Source: Candidatus Heimdallarchaeota archaeon
GTDB taxonomy: Archaea > Asgardarchaeota > Heimdallarchaeia > Hodarchaeales > Hodarchaeaceae
Reading direction: 5' to 3'
Assembly (NCBI GenBank): GCA_011364965.1
Contig: RDOB01000010.1
Location: forward strand, 1 to 59,656
Length of the DNA: 59,656 bases
The notes below the pieces were generated by a model. That model was not told the DNA's origin. It saw only the letters and a list, made by a program, of their open reading frames with translations, and did no database searches. The translations under genes were made by a program, and so were the position numbers. Within the stretch, counting starts at the first letter, position 1. Every line of letters starts with the position of its first letter. Below, piece by piece: positions 29,325 through 39,134 of this stretch.

Positions 29325-30689
29325 ATGACGTTATTTCCTACTCATATTAGCTTAGAGGGCTTACTTTTATGGATTATTCTCTCACCAAAAGACAAAGAAT
29401 ATTTTAAAGAAAATAAAAGTTTCTTTTGGTTGATTATTTTCTTTTCTATTCTCCCAGACTTCGATATATTCTTAGGAATACATAGAGGAATTTCTCACTC
29501 TCTGTTCTCGCCACTTTTATTAATCATTGGTGGAACTATGATTTATATTTACTTTAAATATGGTAATATTGATGCTGAAGGAGCAAATAGCCAAAAATCA
29601 AAAGATTTTTCATCTGAAAGGTTGTATTGGGGAAAAATCATCTTATTTTGTGGCCTCCTTTGGATTGTTCATATATTTTTAGATCTGGAATATCCCCTGG
29701 CAATTTTTTACCCATTATCGGATCGCTTATATCAAATGAATTTTTTAATTTTAATTAAAATGATTCCTTGGTTTTTTCTACCCATAGGGTTCTCAGGGAT
29801 TGGATTTGACATATCTAGTATTTCATATCTTAGAGGGATCACGACTTATTTCATCAATTTATCAGTCGAAAAAAGAGTGGAAATATATGGAACTGAACCA
29901 GTTTCGTTATTGATTGACAATTATTTCATTCATTTTCTTTTATTCGTAATCTTTCTTTTCATAGTAGCACATCCGATGATCCCAGAGTTGAATTATAAAA
30001 GATTGAGTACCAAAATTAATTTAAATCGGCCAGATGGCATTATATTTGGATTGGGCTTTATATTAATCATTAATGGTTTACTTATGGGCCCAATGATCGG
30101 ACCAAGCATAAGAACAACGGATTCAATAACGACAACCTTTCAAGTTTCGGAAGAAAAATTCTCGCCACTTGTAGCAATAACATACGAGACAACGAACTAT
30201 CTACTTCAACCAAATGCTCTTGAAACGGTTCACGCATCATTAATAACAGAACAGAGTCCTTTTTTTAATACCAGCCTAATTTTAACAAATAAGGATAACT
30301 ACAATGAATTTGTTGCGGAGATCTCGTCTATATTCAAAAATTATCCACCAAATACGAGTGAAAATATTGTTAGCTTTGAATCAGCATATGTGATTAGTAG
30401 AAACAAAGTGGTAAATACTTCGTTAGAAAATAATCATTCTCTTCAAAATGTGAAAAATCTATACTCAATGCTTCCAAGAGGATCTTATGCAATTGTAGGA
30501 ATAGTTGAAGATTGGAATTCTAGCTTATTGCTTAATGGAACGATCCAATCTGCTGTTGTTCAATTAAAGCTAGAAGTAACCTCAAATAGAGAAACGATTT
30601 ACATTTTAGGAATCGTTTGTAGTCTTGTAGGAATAGTCATAGCATTCTTTTCGTTTAAGGTTAATAATAAAAAGTTAAAATCCAGTTGA
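29325..30689 (+). CDS. YdjM/DUF457-like membrane metal-dependent hydrolase with an extracytoplasmic domain
   Basis: TH, LPDFD, HRGISHS, HIFLD; multiple TM segments and a C-terminal anchor. Confidence 0.75.
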   Translation: MTLFPTHISLEGLLLWIILSPKDKEYFKENKSFFWLIIFFSILPDFDIFLGIHRGISHSLFSPLLLIIGGTMIYIYFKYGNIDAEGANSQKSKDFSSERLYWGKIILFCGLLWIVHIFLDLEYPLAIFYPLSDRLYQMNFLILIKMIPWFFLPIGFSGIGFDISSISYLRGITTYFINLSVEKRVEIYGTEPVSLLIDNYFIHFLLFVIFLFIVAHPMIPELNYKRLSTKINLNRPDGIIFGLGFILIINGLLMGPMIGPSIRTTDSITTTFQVSEEKFSPLVAITYETTNYLLQPNALETVHASLITEQSPFFNTSLILTNKDNYNEFVAEISSIFKNYPPNTSENIVSFESAYVISRNKVVNTSLENNHSLQNVKNLYSMLPRGSYAIVGIVEDWNSSLLLNGTIQSAVVQLKLEVTSNRETIYILGIVCSLVGIVIAFFSFKVNNKKLKSS

Positions 30690-30735
30690 ATTCTCAATCT
30701 TGCTTCTTAATATTTTCTAACAGGAGTCCAAAAAA

Positions 30736-30924
30736 TTGCCATCATACCGTTGTCAGGGTTGTGGAAAGGTCGTTAAACCGATTCCTAAACATTGTGGTCA
30801 AGATATGGTCGTAGGAGAGGTGAACGGAATTCCAAGTTTAATCTGTGCAGTAAATGGGGAAAATTGTCACACTGAACCCTTACCAAAATGCTGTTCAATG
30901 CCAGGATACACTAGGTGGATCTGA
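30736..30924 (+). CDS. Small Cys-rich protein with tandem desulforedoxin-like metal sites
   Basis: YRCQGCG...PKHCGQDM and LIC...C...PKCC; AGGAG SD before TTG. Confidence 0.7.
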   Translation: MPSYRCQGCGKVVKPIPKHCGQDMVVGEVNGIPSLICAVNGENCHTEPLPKCCSMPGYTRWI

Positions 30925-30937
30925 AGGTTTTTTCTAT

Positions 30938-32155
30938 CTACCGAATGATTATATCAAGAATTTTTAAAAATGGTATTGCTAGATTCAGTTTCCAAGGAAC
31001 GTTACAATGCACTATGGAATCAATATCTGATGGACGTAAGCGATTCATATACCATTGAAGACGACTATCTTTTCCTGAAGCAATTTGATCAAAGAAGTTT
31101 CTCACTTTATATGATTTTGTAAGCATCTCTAATAACTGCTTTTTCCAGAGATCTTCGTAGATTGACAAGGAGGAGTTATCTCTCAACTTCTTAGATATAA
31201 CATCTGCAGCTATTCTACCAGCTACCATTGAAGGAGGAATACCACCTCCCACACTTGATACTACTTGACACGCTGCATCTCCTATTAGTATTGTTTGCTT
31301 TTCTTCATTAACGGTCTTTTCAAAAGGTACTCCTACAGGGACTGCGCCTGCAATAGTATGTTTAATAGTTGCATTTTTTAGAAACGTACTCGTGATAGGA
31401 TGGTTTTCAATCACATTCTTCAATGCTATGGAAACATTCATCTTTCCTTTAAGCATAGGTAATCTGATTCCAGCTCCAACATTAGCTGTAGTCTCGCTTT
31501 TAGGAATAATCCATGAATAAGCGCCTGGCGCATATTTTTCCCCGAAGTACATTTGAATGTTTGTTGAGTCGTAGTTTTCTGAATCAATATTAGTCATAAA
31601 ATGCTGTTTAACAATGGCATAGTTGTCAGAAGATCTTTTTTCCGCCAACCCAGTCCACGAAGCAACTCTAGAATTTACTCCATCACAACCAATTATTATT
31701 TTAGGGTGAATATCAATCAGTTCCTTTCCTTCTTTTGAAACATGAACAATGTGGCCATTCATATTAATTGCACAGGCTGAAGACCAGACTTTTCCTCCTT
31801 TATCAACCCCTTGTTTGATTAAATCTGCATTCCAGTCTCCTCTATTAATTGTGTATCCATCAAAAGGAGTTGTAATTATTTTTCCCTCGGGAGAGAAAAA
31901 AGAAATTCGATTTGTATGTGTACTTACATAATCCTCCTTAAAGGTAAAGATCTTGTCCACTTCGGGTACTTTAGGTATTAATCGTTTCATTTCCTCTGGA
32001 GAAGGTATAAACTCCCCACATTGAACAGGAAAACCTGGTCTTGATTTATGATCGATAGCTAAGATCAAGAATTCGGATCCAACGCGCTTTGTCAATTCAG
32101 AAAAGACTGTTGCTCCTGCAGGCCCTAATCCTATAATTAGAACATCAACATACAA
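30938..32155 (-). CDS. Geranylgeranyl reductase family flavoprotein
   Basis: GLGPAG, PVQCGE, DGVNS, PGAYSWIIPK, ANVG, GDAA, GGGI. Confidence 0.9.
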   Translation of the reverse strand: MYVDVLIIGLGPAGATVFSELTKRVGSEFLILAIDHKSRPGFPVQCGEFIPSPEEMKRLIPKVPEVDKIFTFKEDYVSTHTNRISFFSPEGKIITTPFDGYTINRGDWNADLIKQGVDKGGKVWSSACAINMNGHIVHVSKEGKELIDIHPKIIIGCDGVNSRVASWTGLAEKRSSDNYAIVKQHFMTNIDSENYDSTNIQMYFGEKYAPGAYSWIIPKSETTANVGAGIRLPMLKGKMNVSIALKNVIENHPITSTFLKNATIKHTIAGAVPVGVPFEKTVNEEKQTILIGDAACQVVSSVGGGIPPSMVAGRIAADVISKKLRDNSSLSIYEDLWKKQLLEMLTKSYKVRNFFDQIASGKDSRLQWYMNRLRPSDIDSIVHCNVPWKLNLAIPFLKILDIIIR

Positions 32156-32174
32156 AGGATAGTACCACTTTATA

Positions 32175-33722
32175 CTAAGATCCGAATAAATGTTTAGCTG
32201 AATTCAACGCAAAATCAATAAAGGGGGTCGGGAAGATCCCGATCACAATTATCAGAAGTACAGCACCTGCTATTACTACCTGATAAGACAGTGGTATACT
32301 AAATGGTGTGACACGATCCACTGGAACCGCTGAAACTGCTTCTTCTTCAATCGGTTTATCTATAATCATGAGCTTTATGACCCTGATATAATAAAATATC
32401 GAAATGGCACTGTTAATAATTCCAATAACAGCTAACCAGATTAAATCTGCATATATTGCAGCAAAAAACAGGAGAAGTTTTGAAACAAAACCTGCTAATG
32501 GTGGGACTCCCATCAAGCTCAAGAGGGCTATTGACATTCCAAACGCTAGCCAGGGATGCTTTTTTCTCAACCCAGCATAATCCGATATTCTCTCAGACTT
32601 GAAAGAATATGCAACCACTATTACAACTGTAAACGCCACAATTTTCATTAATGCATGAGTTAATACATGTAATTCTGCAGATGCTACAGCAAATTCCTGA
32701 GCAGTGAAACTCAAATTAAAATCAAAGGATGGACTTGGGGTGCCAGCTACAGCAGCTAAAGCAATGAGAAGATAACCAGCATGAGCAATACTTGAATATG
32801 CGAGCATTCTTTTGATGTTTTCTTGAACAAGAGCAACAACATTCCCTAGAGTCATCGTCAAGACAGCAAGAAGCGCAAATAGAATACCCCAAATGGCATC
32901 TAGTTCGATTAAGCTACCAACAATTAAACGAAAAACAGCTGCAAATCCCATAGCTTTTGATCCTGCAGCTAAAAAAGTAGTTATTGTCGTTGGAGTTCCT
33001 TGATATACATCCACAGCCCATGCATGGAATGGTACGGCTGCAATTTTGTAACCAAACCCAACTAGTAGAAACATAAGTGCAAGAAGATGCAGTGGAGTAT
33101 AATTGGTAGTTAAAGCAAATTCAGTTATTACTGCTTCAAAACTTGTTGTTCCAACTATTCCATAAATCAATGAAATTCCAAATAATATGAAGGCTGAAGA
33201 CATAGCACCAATTAAGAAGAATTTCAATGCACTTTCACTTGTTTCAGGCCTAGATTTTTGATAAGCAGCTAACGCATATGCAGGAAGGCTTCCCAATTCC
33301 CATGATATAAAGAGGGTTAGTAAATCATTTGATGCAGCTACGAGCATCATTCCTATTGTAGAAAACATGAGAAGGGCATAATATACTCCCAATGTTTTCT
33401 CTGAACCCATATAATCAATGCTGGAAGCAGCTACGAATAGTAGTACCAAAATAAAGATCATGGCAAAGAATTTATAGAAATCATCTATTACTAATAAACC
33501 AGATGCTGCTGTAACGTCTGTAATATCAGAAGGATTTCCAAATAAGTGAATGATATCAGATCCGATGCTTGTTGTTATGCTAAATAAAGCCAGAAGACTA
33601 CCAAGTATTGTAATAATACCAAGTAACCACTTTCCTCTTCCAATAGCTTCGATTACCAAACATAACCCAATTGTTCCAAAGATCACCAAAAATGGCATGA
33701 GAATTGTCGCGATATCACTCAT
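32175..33722 (-). CDS. nuoN: Complex I subunit N
   Basis: SWELGSLPAY, ESALKFF, KIAAVPFHAW, KRMLAYSSIAHAGY, GVPPLAGF. Confidence 0.95.
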   Translation of the reverse strand: MSDIATILMPFLVIFGTIGLCLVIEAIGRGKWLLGIITILGSLLALFSITTSIGSDIIHLFGNPSDITDVTAASGLLVIDDFYKFFAMIFILVLLFVAASSIDYMGSEKTLGVYYALLMFSTIGMMLVAASNDLLTLFISWELGSLPAYALAAYQKSRPETSESALKFFLIGAMSSAFILFGISLIYGIVGTTSFEAVITEFALTTNYTPLHLLALMFLLVGFGYKIAAVPFHAWAVDVYQGTPTTITTFLAAGSKAMGFAAVFRLIVGSLIELDAIWGILFALLAVLTMTLGNVVALVQENIKRMLAYSSIAHAGYLLIALAAVAGTPSPSFDFNLSFTAQEFAVASAELHVLTHALMKIVAFTVVIVVAYSFKSERISDYAGLRKKHPWLAFGMSIALLSLMGVPPLAGFVSKLLLFFAAIYADLIWLAVIGIINSAISIFYYIRVIKLMIIDKPIEEEAVSAVPVDRVTPFSIPLSYQVVIAGAVLLIIVIGIFPTPFIDFALNSAKHLFGS

Positions 33723-33743
33723 TTTGTCTCACCTGCTATATAT

Positions 33744-35342
33744 CTAGATAAATTGTGTTCCAAAGAAATTTGTTGCTGTTGTCATTAAATCTAATAAGAG
33801 AGAAGGAAAAATTCCCAATAATAACACGAAAAAGCACAAAAATGCAATTGTAAGATATTGTGATAAATGGCTTATATCGTGAGCATGTTCTAATTCAGGA
33901 TTAACATCTCCAAATACAGTTCGTTGTAGCATCCATAGATAATAAGCTGCAGTGAAAATAATTCCTAGTACACCAATCATTGCAAGAAAAAGGCCAGTCA
34001 CTCCTATATTAAGACCTGGAATTACTTGACCTTCCCAATTAAATAATGCTACAAAGGCCAAAAGCTCAGACCAAAATCCAGCTAAACCAGGTAATCCAGC
34101 ACTTGCAAAAGATCCGAATACTAATACACCTGCAGTCAATGGCATCTTCTTCGCGAAACCCTTCAATTTGGGAATATCACGAGTATGTGCAGAATGGCCA
34201 ATCGTCCCGGCTAAAAAGAACATTAATGGAGAAATAATACCATGTGCAATCTGCATATACATTGCACCAGCGAATCCTTCAGGAGTTTGTGTGGCAACAC
34301 CGAGTAAAACAATGCCCATGTGGCCAACAGAGGAATATGCAACAAGAGATTTCATGTCAACTTGACGAAGTGCAACCCATGAACCATACAAGAGGGAAAT
34401 AAGCCCAATTATAGCTATTAACCATGCAAATTCAGCCATTGCTTCAGGAAGCAACCAACCACTTACTCGAAGTAGTCCATAACCACCCATTTTCAGTAAA
34501 AGCCCCGCAAGTATCATTGAACCAGGTGTTGGGGCTTCAACATGCGCTAATGGTAACCAAGTATGGAAAGGAACACTGGGTACTTTCACAATAAATCCAA
34601 ATAGCAATGCAAGGAAAACTAAGAGGATAAAGGGACCAGTTCCAAAATCTAATTGGCTTAAAATATTAAATGAAAAGCTACCGCCTAATGTTCCTCGGAT
34701 ATTAGCTGACTCTAGCCATATACCGATAATTCCTAGTAACATTACTAGAGATGCAACATGTGTATAAATAAAGAAATAAATGGCCGCATACTCGCGTTTT
34801 TCACCACCCCAGATCCCTATAAGGAAAAACATTGGTACTAAGACAAGTTCCCAAGCAATATAGAAGATGATGAAATCTGTTGCAACAAAAGTCCCGATTA
34901 CTCCGGTTTCTAAAAGCATGAGCATAGCATAATATGCTGGTTGTCGATTTTCTATGTCTTTGAACGATGCCAAGACAGCTACTAGGAAGATGAAACCAGC
35001 CAATAACACTAATGGAAGACTTAGCCCATCAATGCCAAGGGAATAATTCATTCCTACAGCATCAATCCAAACTATTTCTTCTACAAGTGTAAATCCGCCA
35101 GAGGCTAGCGTGGTTCTATCTGCATGTAAGCTTGCGGGAAGAAAGGAACTATTTTCAAACATTAACCATGCAAAGACCGCGAGAATCATAACTAGGCCGC
35201 TTATAATTAAGGCAAAATATTTAGAAAACTCATTCCGTATTCTACCCACTAACCATGTTGGAAATGCTGCCAAAATAGGCAACAGAAAGATTAGAGTTAG
35301 GATTCCTATTTCTAGGTCACCGAAACTAAATAGTGTTACCAT
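33744..35342 (-). CDS. nuoM: Complex I subunit M
   Basis: GIDGLS, WELVLVPM, PFHTWLPLAHVEAP, LLKMGGYG, AYSSVGHMG, GLPGLAGFWSE. Confidence 0.95.
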   Translation of the reverse strand: MVTLFSFGDLEIGILTLIFLLPILAAFPTWLVGRIRNEFSKYFALIISGLVMILAVFAWLMFENSSFLPASLHADRTTLASGGFTLVEEIVWIDAVGMNYSLGIDGLSLPLVLLAGFIFLVAVLASFKDIENRQPAYYAMLMLLETGVIGTFVATDFIIFYIAWELVLVPMFFLIGIWGGEKREYAAIYFFIYTHVASLVMLLGIIGIWLESANIRGTLGGSFSFNILSQLDFGTGPFILLVFLALLFGFIVKVPSVPFHTWLPLAHVEAPTPGSMILAGLLLKMGGYGLLRVSGWLLPEAMAEFAWLIAIIGLISLLYGSWVALRQVDMKSLVAYSSVGHMGIVLLGVATQTPEGFAGAMYMQIAHGIISPLMFFLAGTIGHSAHTRDIPKLKGFAKKMPLTAGVLVFGSFASAGLPGLAGFWSELLAFVALFNWEGQVIPGLNIGVTGLFLAMIGVLGIIFTAAYYLWMLQRTVFGDVNPELEHAHDISHLSQYLTIAFLCFFVLLLGIFPSLLLDLMTTATNFFGTQFI

Positions 35343-35365
35343 GTGTCTTCAACCTTCTTTTTTTA

Positions 35366-37612
35366 TTAGAGGGGAGATACCCCTGCAATGATGATCATTA
35401 CTAATATTATTGAAATTGCTCCCACGAGAGTGTATAAAGCATAATTCTCAACTACCCCAGTCTGAATTCTTCTTAAATACGTTCCAGATTTCATCACATT
35501 ACGAGCAGTTCTTCGAATAATTCCATGATCTATTATTCGTTCGTCAGTTTGTTTCGCGAGCCCACATAATGCGACTGAAGCTCTGGCTGTAAGTTGTACA
35601 ATTCTATCAATAACTTGTTCATCCCACCATTTTGAAACTCCACAGAGCTCATATCCAATTAGACCTACAGTTCGTACTGCTTGGTCAAAAATATTTCTTT
35701 CAATCCAAAACATACCAGCACAGTAGCCAGAGTCCACAGCATAGACAAATTTGAGATATAAATCATCGATATAGTATCCTTTCTCTAAAATTCGTTGTAA
35801 ACCCCGTCCTAAAGGAGAAATCTTAATAGATCGTATAATGGATCGAAAAACTCTTTGTGAATTAGTGATGATGTCTGGGTTTTTCACCTCAAATTTAAAT
35901 GAAGGGTCTCCTTTATGAAAGATTGCAATAGCATTCGAGCGTGGATAATAAAGCATATAAGCTAATCCTATTCCTAAAATAGCAAGTAAAATTGATGTTA
36001 AACCTACCATCCAGTTGAAGGGCAATGCATGAACCCCAGGTTCAAGCCATCCAACCAATAGATGCTCAAATGATAAATCTGGTATAAATATTCCAATTGT
36101 GAAGTAAGCTGTCAAAATTAGAGAAAGAATTGCTAAAACCCATAGAGGGATAGTCATCCAACGATCAGATTCATGAATATGATGACCTTGCAATCGATTA
36201 CTTCCTAAAAATACTAAAAACCATAGTCTAAAGATATAAAATGCAGTTAAAAAAGCAGTAATTACAGTTGACAACCAAACAAGCAAGATAAGTTGATCGT
36301 GAAGAAGTGAAAAACCAGAATGCAATCCTCGTTCGAGTGCATGTAAAATAATTGCATCTTTACTGAAAAAGCCATTCCCTAATCCCGCTAAAGATAATGA
36401 ACCAATCAACATAACTTTCCATGTATCTGGCATTTTTTGTTTTAATCCACCCATTTCCCTTATATCTTGAGTCCCAGATCCGTGAATCACCGAACCAGCA
36501 GATAAGAAAAGTAGAGCTTTAAAAATTCCATGATTGATTATATGGAATACAGCTACTGCCATTCCTCCCACTCCCAAACCGACAGTCATATAACCCAACT
36601 GACTAATAGTAGAATATGCCAATATACCCTTAATATCAGTTTGTACCAAGGCAATTGTTCCTGATAAAATTGCAGTAAAGCCTCCAATTAGTGCTATAAT
36701 CAATAACGCATTCCCATTTCCTACTTCATTTGCATGTTCAAATATAAAATAACTTCTTGCAATTAGAAAAATACCAGCTTTAACCATAGTAGCAGAATGG
36801 ATTAAGCAGCTCACGGTTGTTGGACCTGCCATAGCATCGGGGAGCCAAACATGTAAAGGAAATTGAGCTGATTTTCCCACCGCCCCTCCAAAGATCAAAA
36901 CAGCTATGAGTACAAATAACATTGGATCTATATGCAATAACCCCTCTTCCAATAGGTGTCGAATTTCCAAGAAATCAAATGTATGAGCTTCTAAGTATAA
37001 TAGAATAATTCCTACAAAAAGGAATACATCTCCCACCTTCGTGGTGAGAAACGCCTTTTTAGCAGCGGACGCAGGATGGGGTTGTCCTTCAGGAACAGTT
37101 TCTTTATCATAAAAATATCCGATGAGTAAATAGGAACAGACTCCCATGATTTCCCAGAAGAGAAATAATTGAACCATATTAGGAGAAAAGCACAATCCAA
37201 GCATTGCTGCAGCAAACATGTTTATTTCAGCATAATAACGAACTGAACCCTCATGAGCCATGTAGCTTCTACTATAAATAACAACAAGGAAAGCTACAAG
37301 AGCAACCATTAAACTAACTAAAGAGGAGAGGGGATCGACAAGGATACCAATTTCAATTTCAATATTGCCAACTGAAAGCCATTCAAAGGCATTCTTGTAT
37401 GTTACATCTTCAACAGGATTTCCTAGGAATAGATGGAGTAATAACTCGCCTGATACAATTAATGTTAAAATAAAACTTACTCCTAATGAAACCAATGCAA
37501 TTAAATTACTGTGTGCTTTCTTATCGATATATTTACCAAAAAAGATAGTAAAAAATGCAGCTAGAATGGGAATAAGGGGAATTAAAAACGCAAGATCACT
37601 AAATATTAACAC
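35366..37612 (-). CDS. nuoL: Complex I subunit L with an elongated lateral helix
   Basis: WEIMGVCSY, GKSAQFPLHVWLPDAMAGPT, HSATMV, AYSTISQLG, QTG; GTG at 37612 after GGAGAG. Confidence 0.95.
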   Translation of the reverse strand: MLIFSDLAFLIPLIPILAAFFTIFFGKYIDKKAHSNLIALVSLGVSFILTLIVSGELLLHLFLGNPVEDVTYKNAFEWLSVGNIEIEIGILVDPLSSLVSLMVALVAFLVVIYSRSYMAHEGSVRYYAEINMFAAAMLGLCFSPNMVQLFLFWEIMGVCSYLLIGYFYDKETVPEGQPHPASAAKKAFLTTKVGDVFLFVGIILLYLEAHTFDFLEIRHLLEEGLLHIDPMLFVLIAVLIFGGAVGKSAQFPLHVWLPDAMAGPTTVSCLIHSATMVKAGIFLIARSYFIFEHANEVGNGNALLIIALIGGFTAILSGTIALVQTDIKGILAYSTISQLGYMTVGLGVGGMAVAVFHIINHGIFKALLFLSAGSVIHGSGTQDIREMGGLKQKMPDTWKVMLIGSLSLAGLGNGFFSKDAIILHALERGLHSGFSLLHDQLILLVWLSTVITAFLTAFYIFRLWFLVFLGSNRLQGHHIHESDRWMTIPLWVLAILSLILTAYFTIGIFIPDLSFEHLLVGWLEPGVHALPFNWMVGLTSILLAILGIGLAYMLYYPRSNAIAIFHKGDPSFKFEVKNPDIITNSQRVFRSIIRSIKISPLGRGLQRILEKGYYIDDLYLKFVYAVDSGYCAGMFWIERNIFDQAVRTVGLIGYELCGVSKWWDEQVIDRIVQLTARASVALCGLAKQTDERIIDHGIIRRTARNVMKSGTYLRRIQTGVVENYALYTLVGAISIILVMIIIAGVSPL

Positions 37613-37631
37613 TATATAATACTCTCCTTTT

Positions 37632-37943
37632 TCAACCTCGTAATTCAACGAAATCAGTTGCTTCAACTGTTCCGTGCATTCGATTTATAGCTAAAATAAT
37701 CCCAAGCCCGACTGCAGCCTCTGCAGCAGCTATGGCAATACTGATAATCACTGCTACATGTCCTGTAACAAAACTAGTGTCATTGTACAAGGCAAATATA
37801 GCAAAATTAATGTTTGCTGAATTTAGCATGATTTCTATTGCAATCAACATTCGTATTGCTGATTGGGATTTAATAAATCCAGCAAAACCTACAAGAAATA
37901 ATAATAGGGCGAGAACTATAAATATCCAAGGTGCAATATTCAT
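37632..37943 (-). CDS. nuoK: Complex I subunit K
   Basis: IEIMLNSANIN, IAAAEAAVGL. Confidence 0.95.
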   Translation of the reverse strand: MNIAPWIFIVLALLLFLVGFAGFIKSQSAIRMLIAIEIMLNSANINFAIFALYNDTSFVTGHVAVIISIAIAAAEAAVGLGIILAINRMHGTVEATDFVELRG

Positions 37944-38503
37944 AGATCTTCAACCTCCTTTTTTACCAAGTATACTGCTCCAAGCATGGTCGCTAATAGC
38001 AAAATACCGAGTATGAGGATCGTTCCACCATGAACAGTAAATAATTGGATGGATAAAGATTCAATAAGTAAAGCAGGGTCAATTGGTCGTATAGATTCTG
38101 TTTGGCCAATCCAAAAAGTGGCACTTACCTGTAAAATGATGTAAACAGCAATGAAAAATAGGATAAATGCACCTGCAAAACTTAAACGCCAATCCAGTAG
38201 TTTATATTTTGTTGGTTTTTCAAACATCGAGTCTTTACCTGATAAAGAAATTGCAAATAGCATTAAAACCGTGATACCACCAGCGTAAACAATCAATTGA
38301 ACCACTAATAATAATGCAGACTCTGCATATAGGAGGAAAATCATTGCTATTCCCAGCAAACAAAAGATTAACCATAAAACAGCATGATACACACTTTTTA
38401 CTGAAACAGCGAGATATGCTGACACCACAGTATAAATACTCAAGATTAAGAAAACTAAAAATTCTAAAGTCTCAAATAATATTGGGGGAAAAAGATAAGC
38501 CAT
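37940..38503 (-). CDS. nuoJ: Complex I subunit J
   Basis: QLIVYAGGITVLMLFA; five TM segments. Confidence 0.93.
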   Translation of the reverse strand: MAYLFPPILFETLEFLVFLILSIYTVVSAYLAVSVKSVYHAVLWLIFCLLGIAMIFLLYAESALLLVVQLIVYAGGITVLMLFAISLSGKDSMFEKPTKYKLLDWRLSFAGAFILFFIAVYIILQVSATFWIGQTESIRPIDPALLIESLSIQLFTVHGGTILILGILLLATMLGAVYLVKKEVEDL

Positions 38504-38506
38504 AAT

Positions 38507-39133
38507 CTAGTCCTCCGTCTGCTCCTCAGTCTTTTCCACTTTAGGAAGTGGTTCCTCATCAATTTTTCCATATTTCTTCTCATACTCTTTCCATTGCTTC
38601 TGATATTCTTCTGGATAATATAATTGGTACACTTTATAGAGATCACGATAAGAAAAATGGAGATTTTCCTTTAGTGAAGTAGCAGCATCAAATCCAGGAG
38701 TATGATGAAGAGCATCAAAATTGCACGCCTCAACACAAAAACCGCAATACAAGCACCTTCCAATAAAAATCTCTGGGTGCTCTAATGGTCTATCTTTCTT
38801 CCAATGGGGAGGAGCTGGTTCAACAATCTTCATTTCAATGCACTTATTGGGACAAATCCGTGCACAAGCTTTACATCCCACACAATTCAAAGCATTAAGT
38901 GCTATCAATCCACGAGCATTAGGAGATATATGGGGAGTATTTTCAAAAACATCAGAGAAGGTTAAGTCACGATCTAAGATAGTTTGCCCTTTTTTTGCCA
39001 ATTCTTCAGGAAAATAGACAGTGTTTCTGTTTCTACGATCTCCATCAGGCATCGTAATTGGTTTTTTGAGTAGGAGCTTTCCTACAAAGGTTAATGGCCT
39101 TGTTATTAAAAAACTCGGAATTATACGTACCAT
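38507..39133 (-). CDS. nuoI: Complex I subunit I (2x[4Fe-4S])
   Basis: CVGCKACARICP and CLYCGFCVEAC; ATG at 39133. Confidence 0.93.
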   Translation of the reverse strand: MVRIIPSFLITRPLTFVGKLLLKKPITMPDGDRRNRNTVYFPEELAKKGQTILDRDLTFSDVFENTPHISPNARGLIALNALNCVGCKACARICPNKCIEMKIVEPAPPHWKKDRPLEHPEIFIGRCLYCGFCVEACNFDALHHTPGFDAATSLKENLHFSYRDLYKVYQLYYPEEYQKQWKEYEKKYGKIDEEPLPKVEKTEEQTED

Positions 39134-39134
39134 T

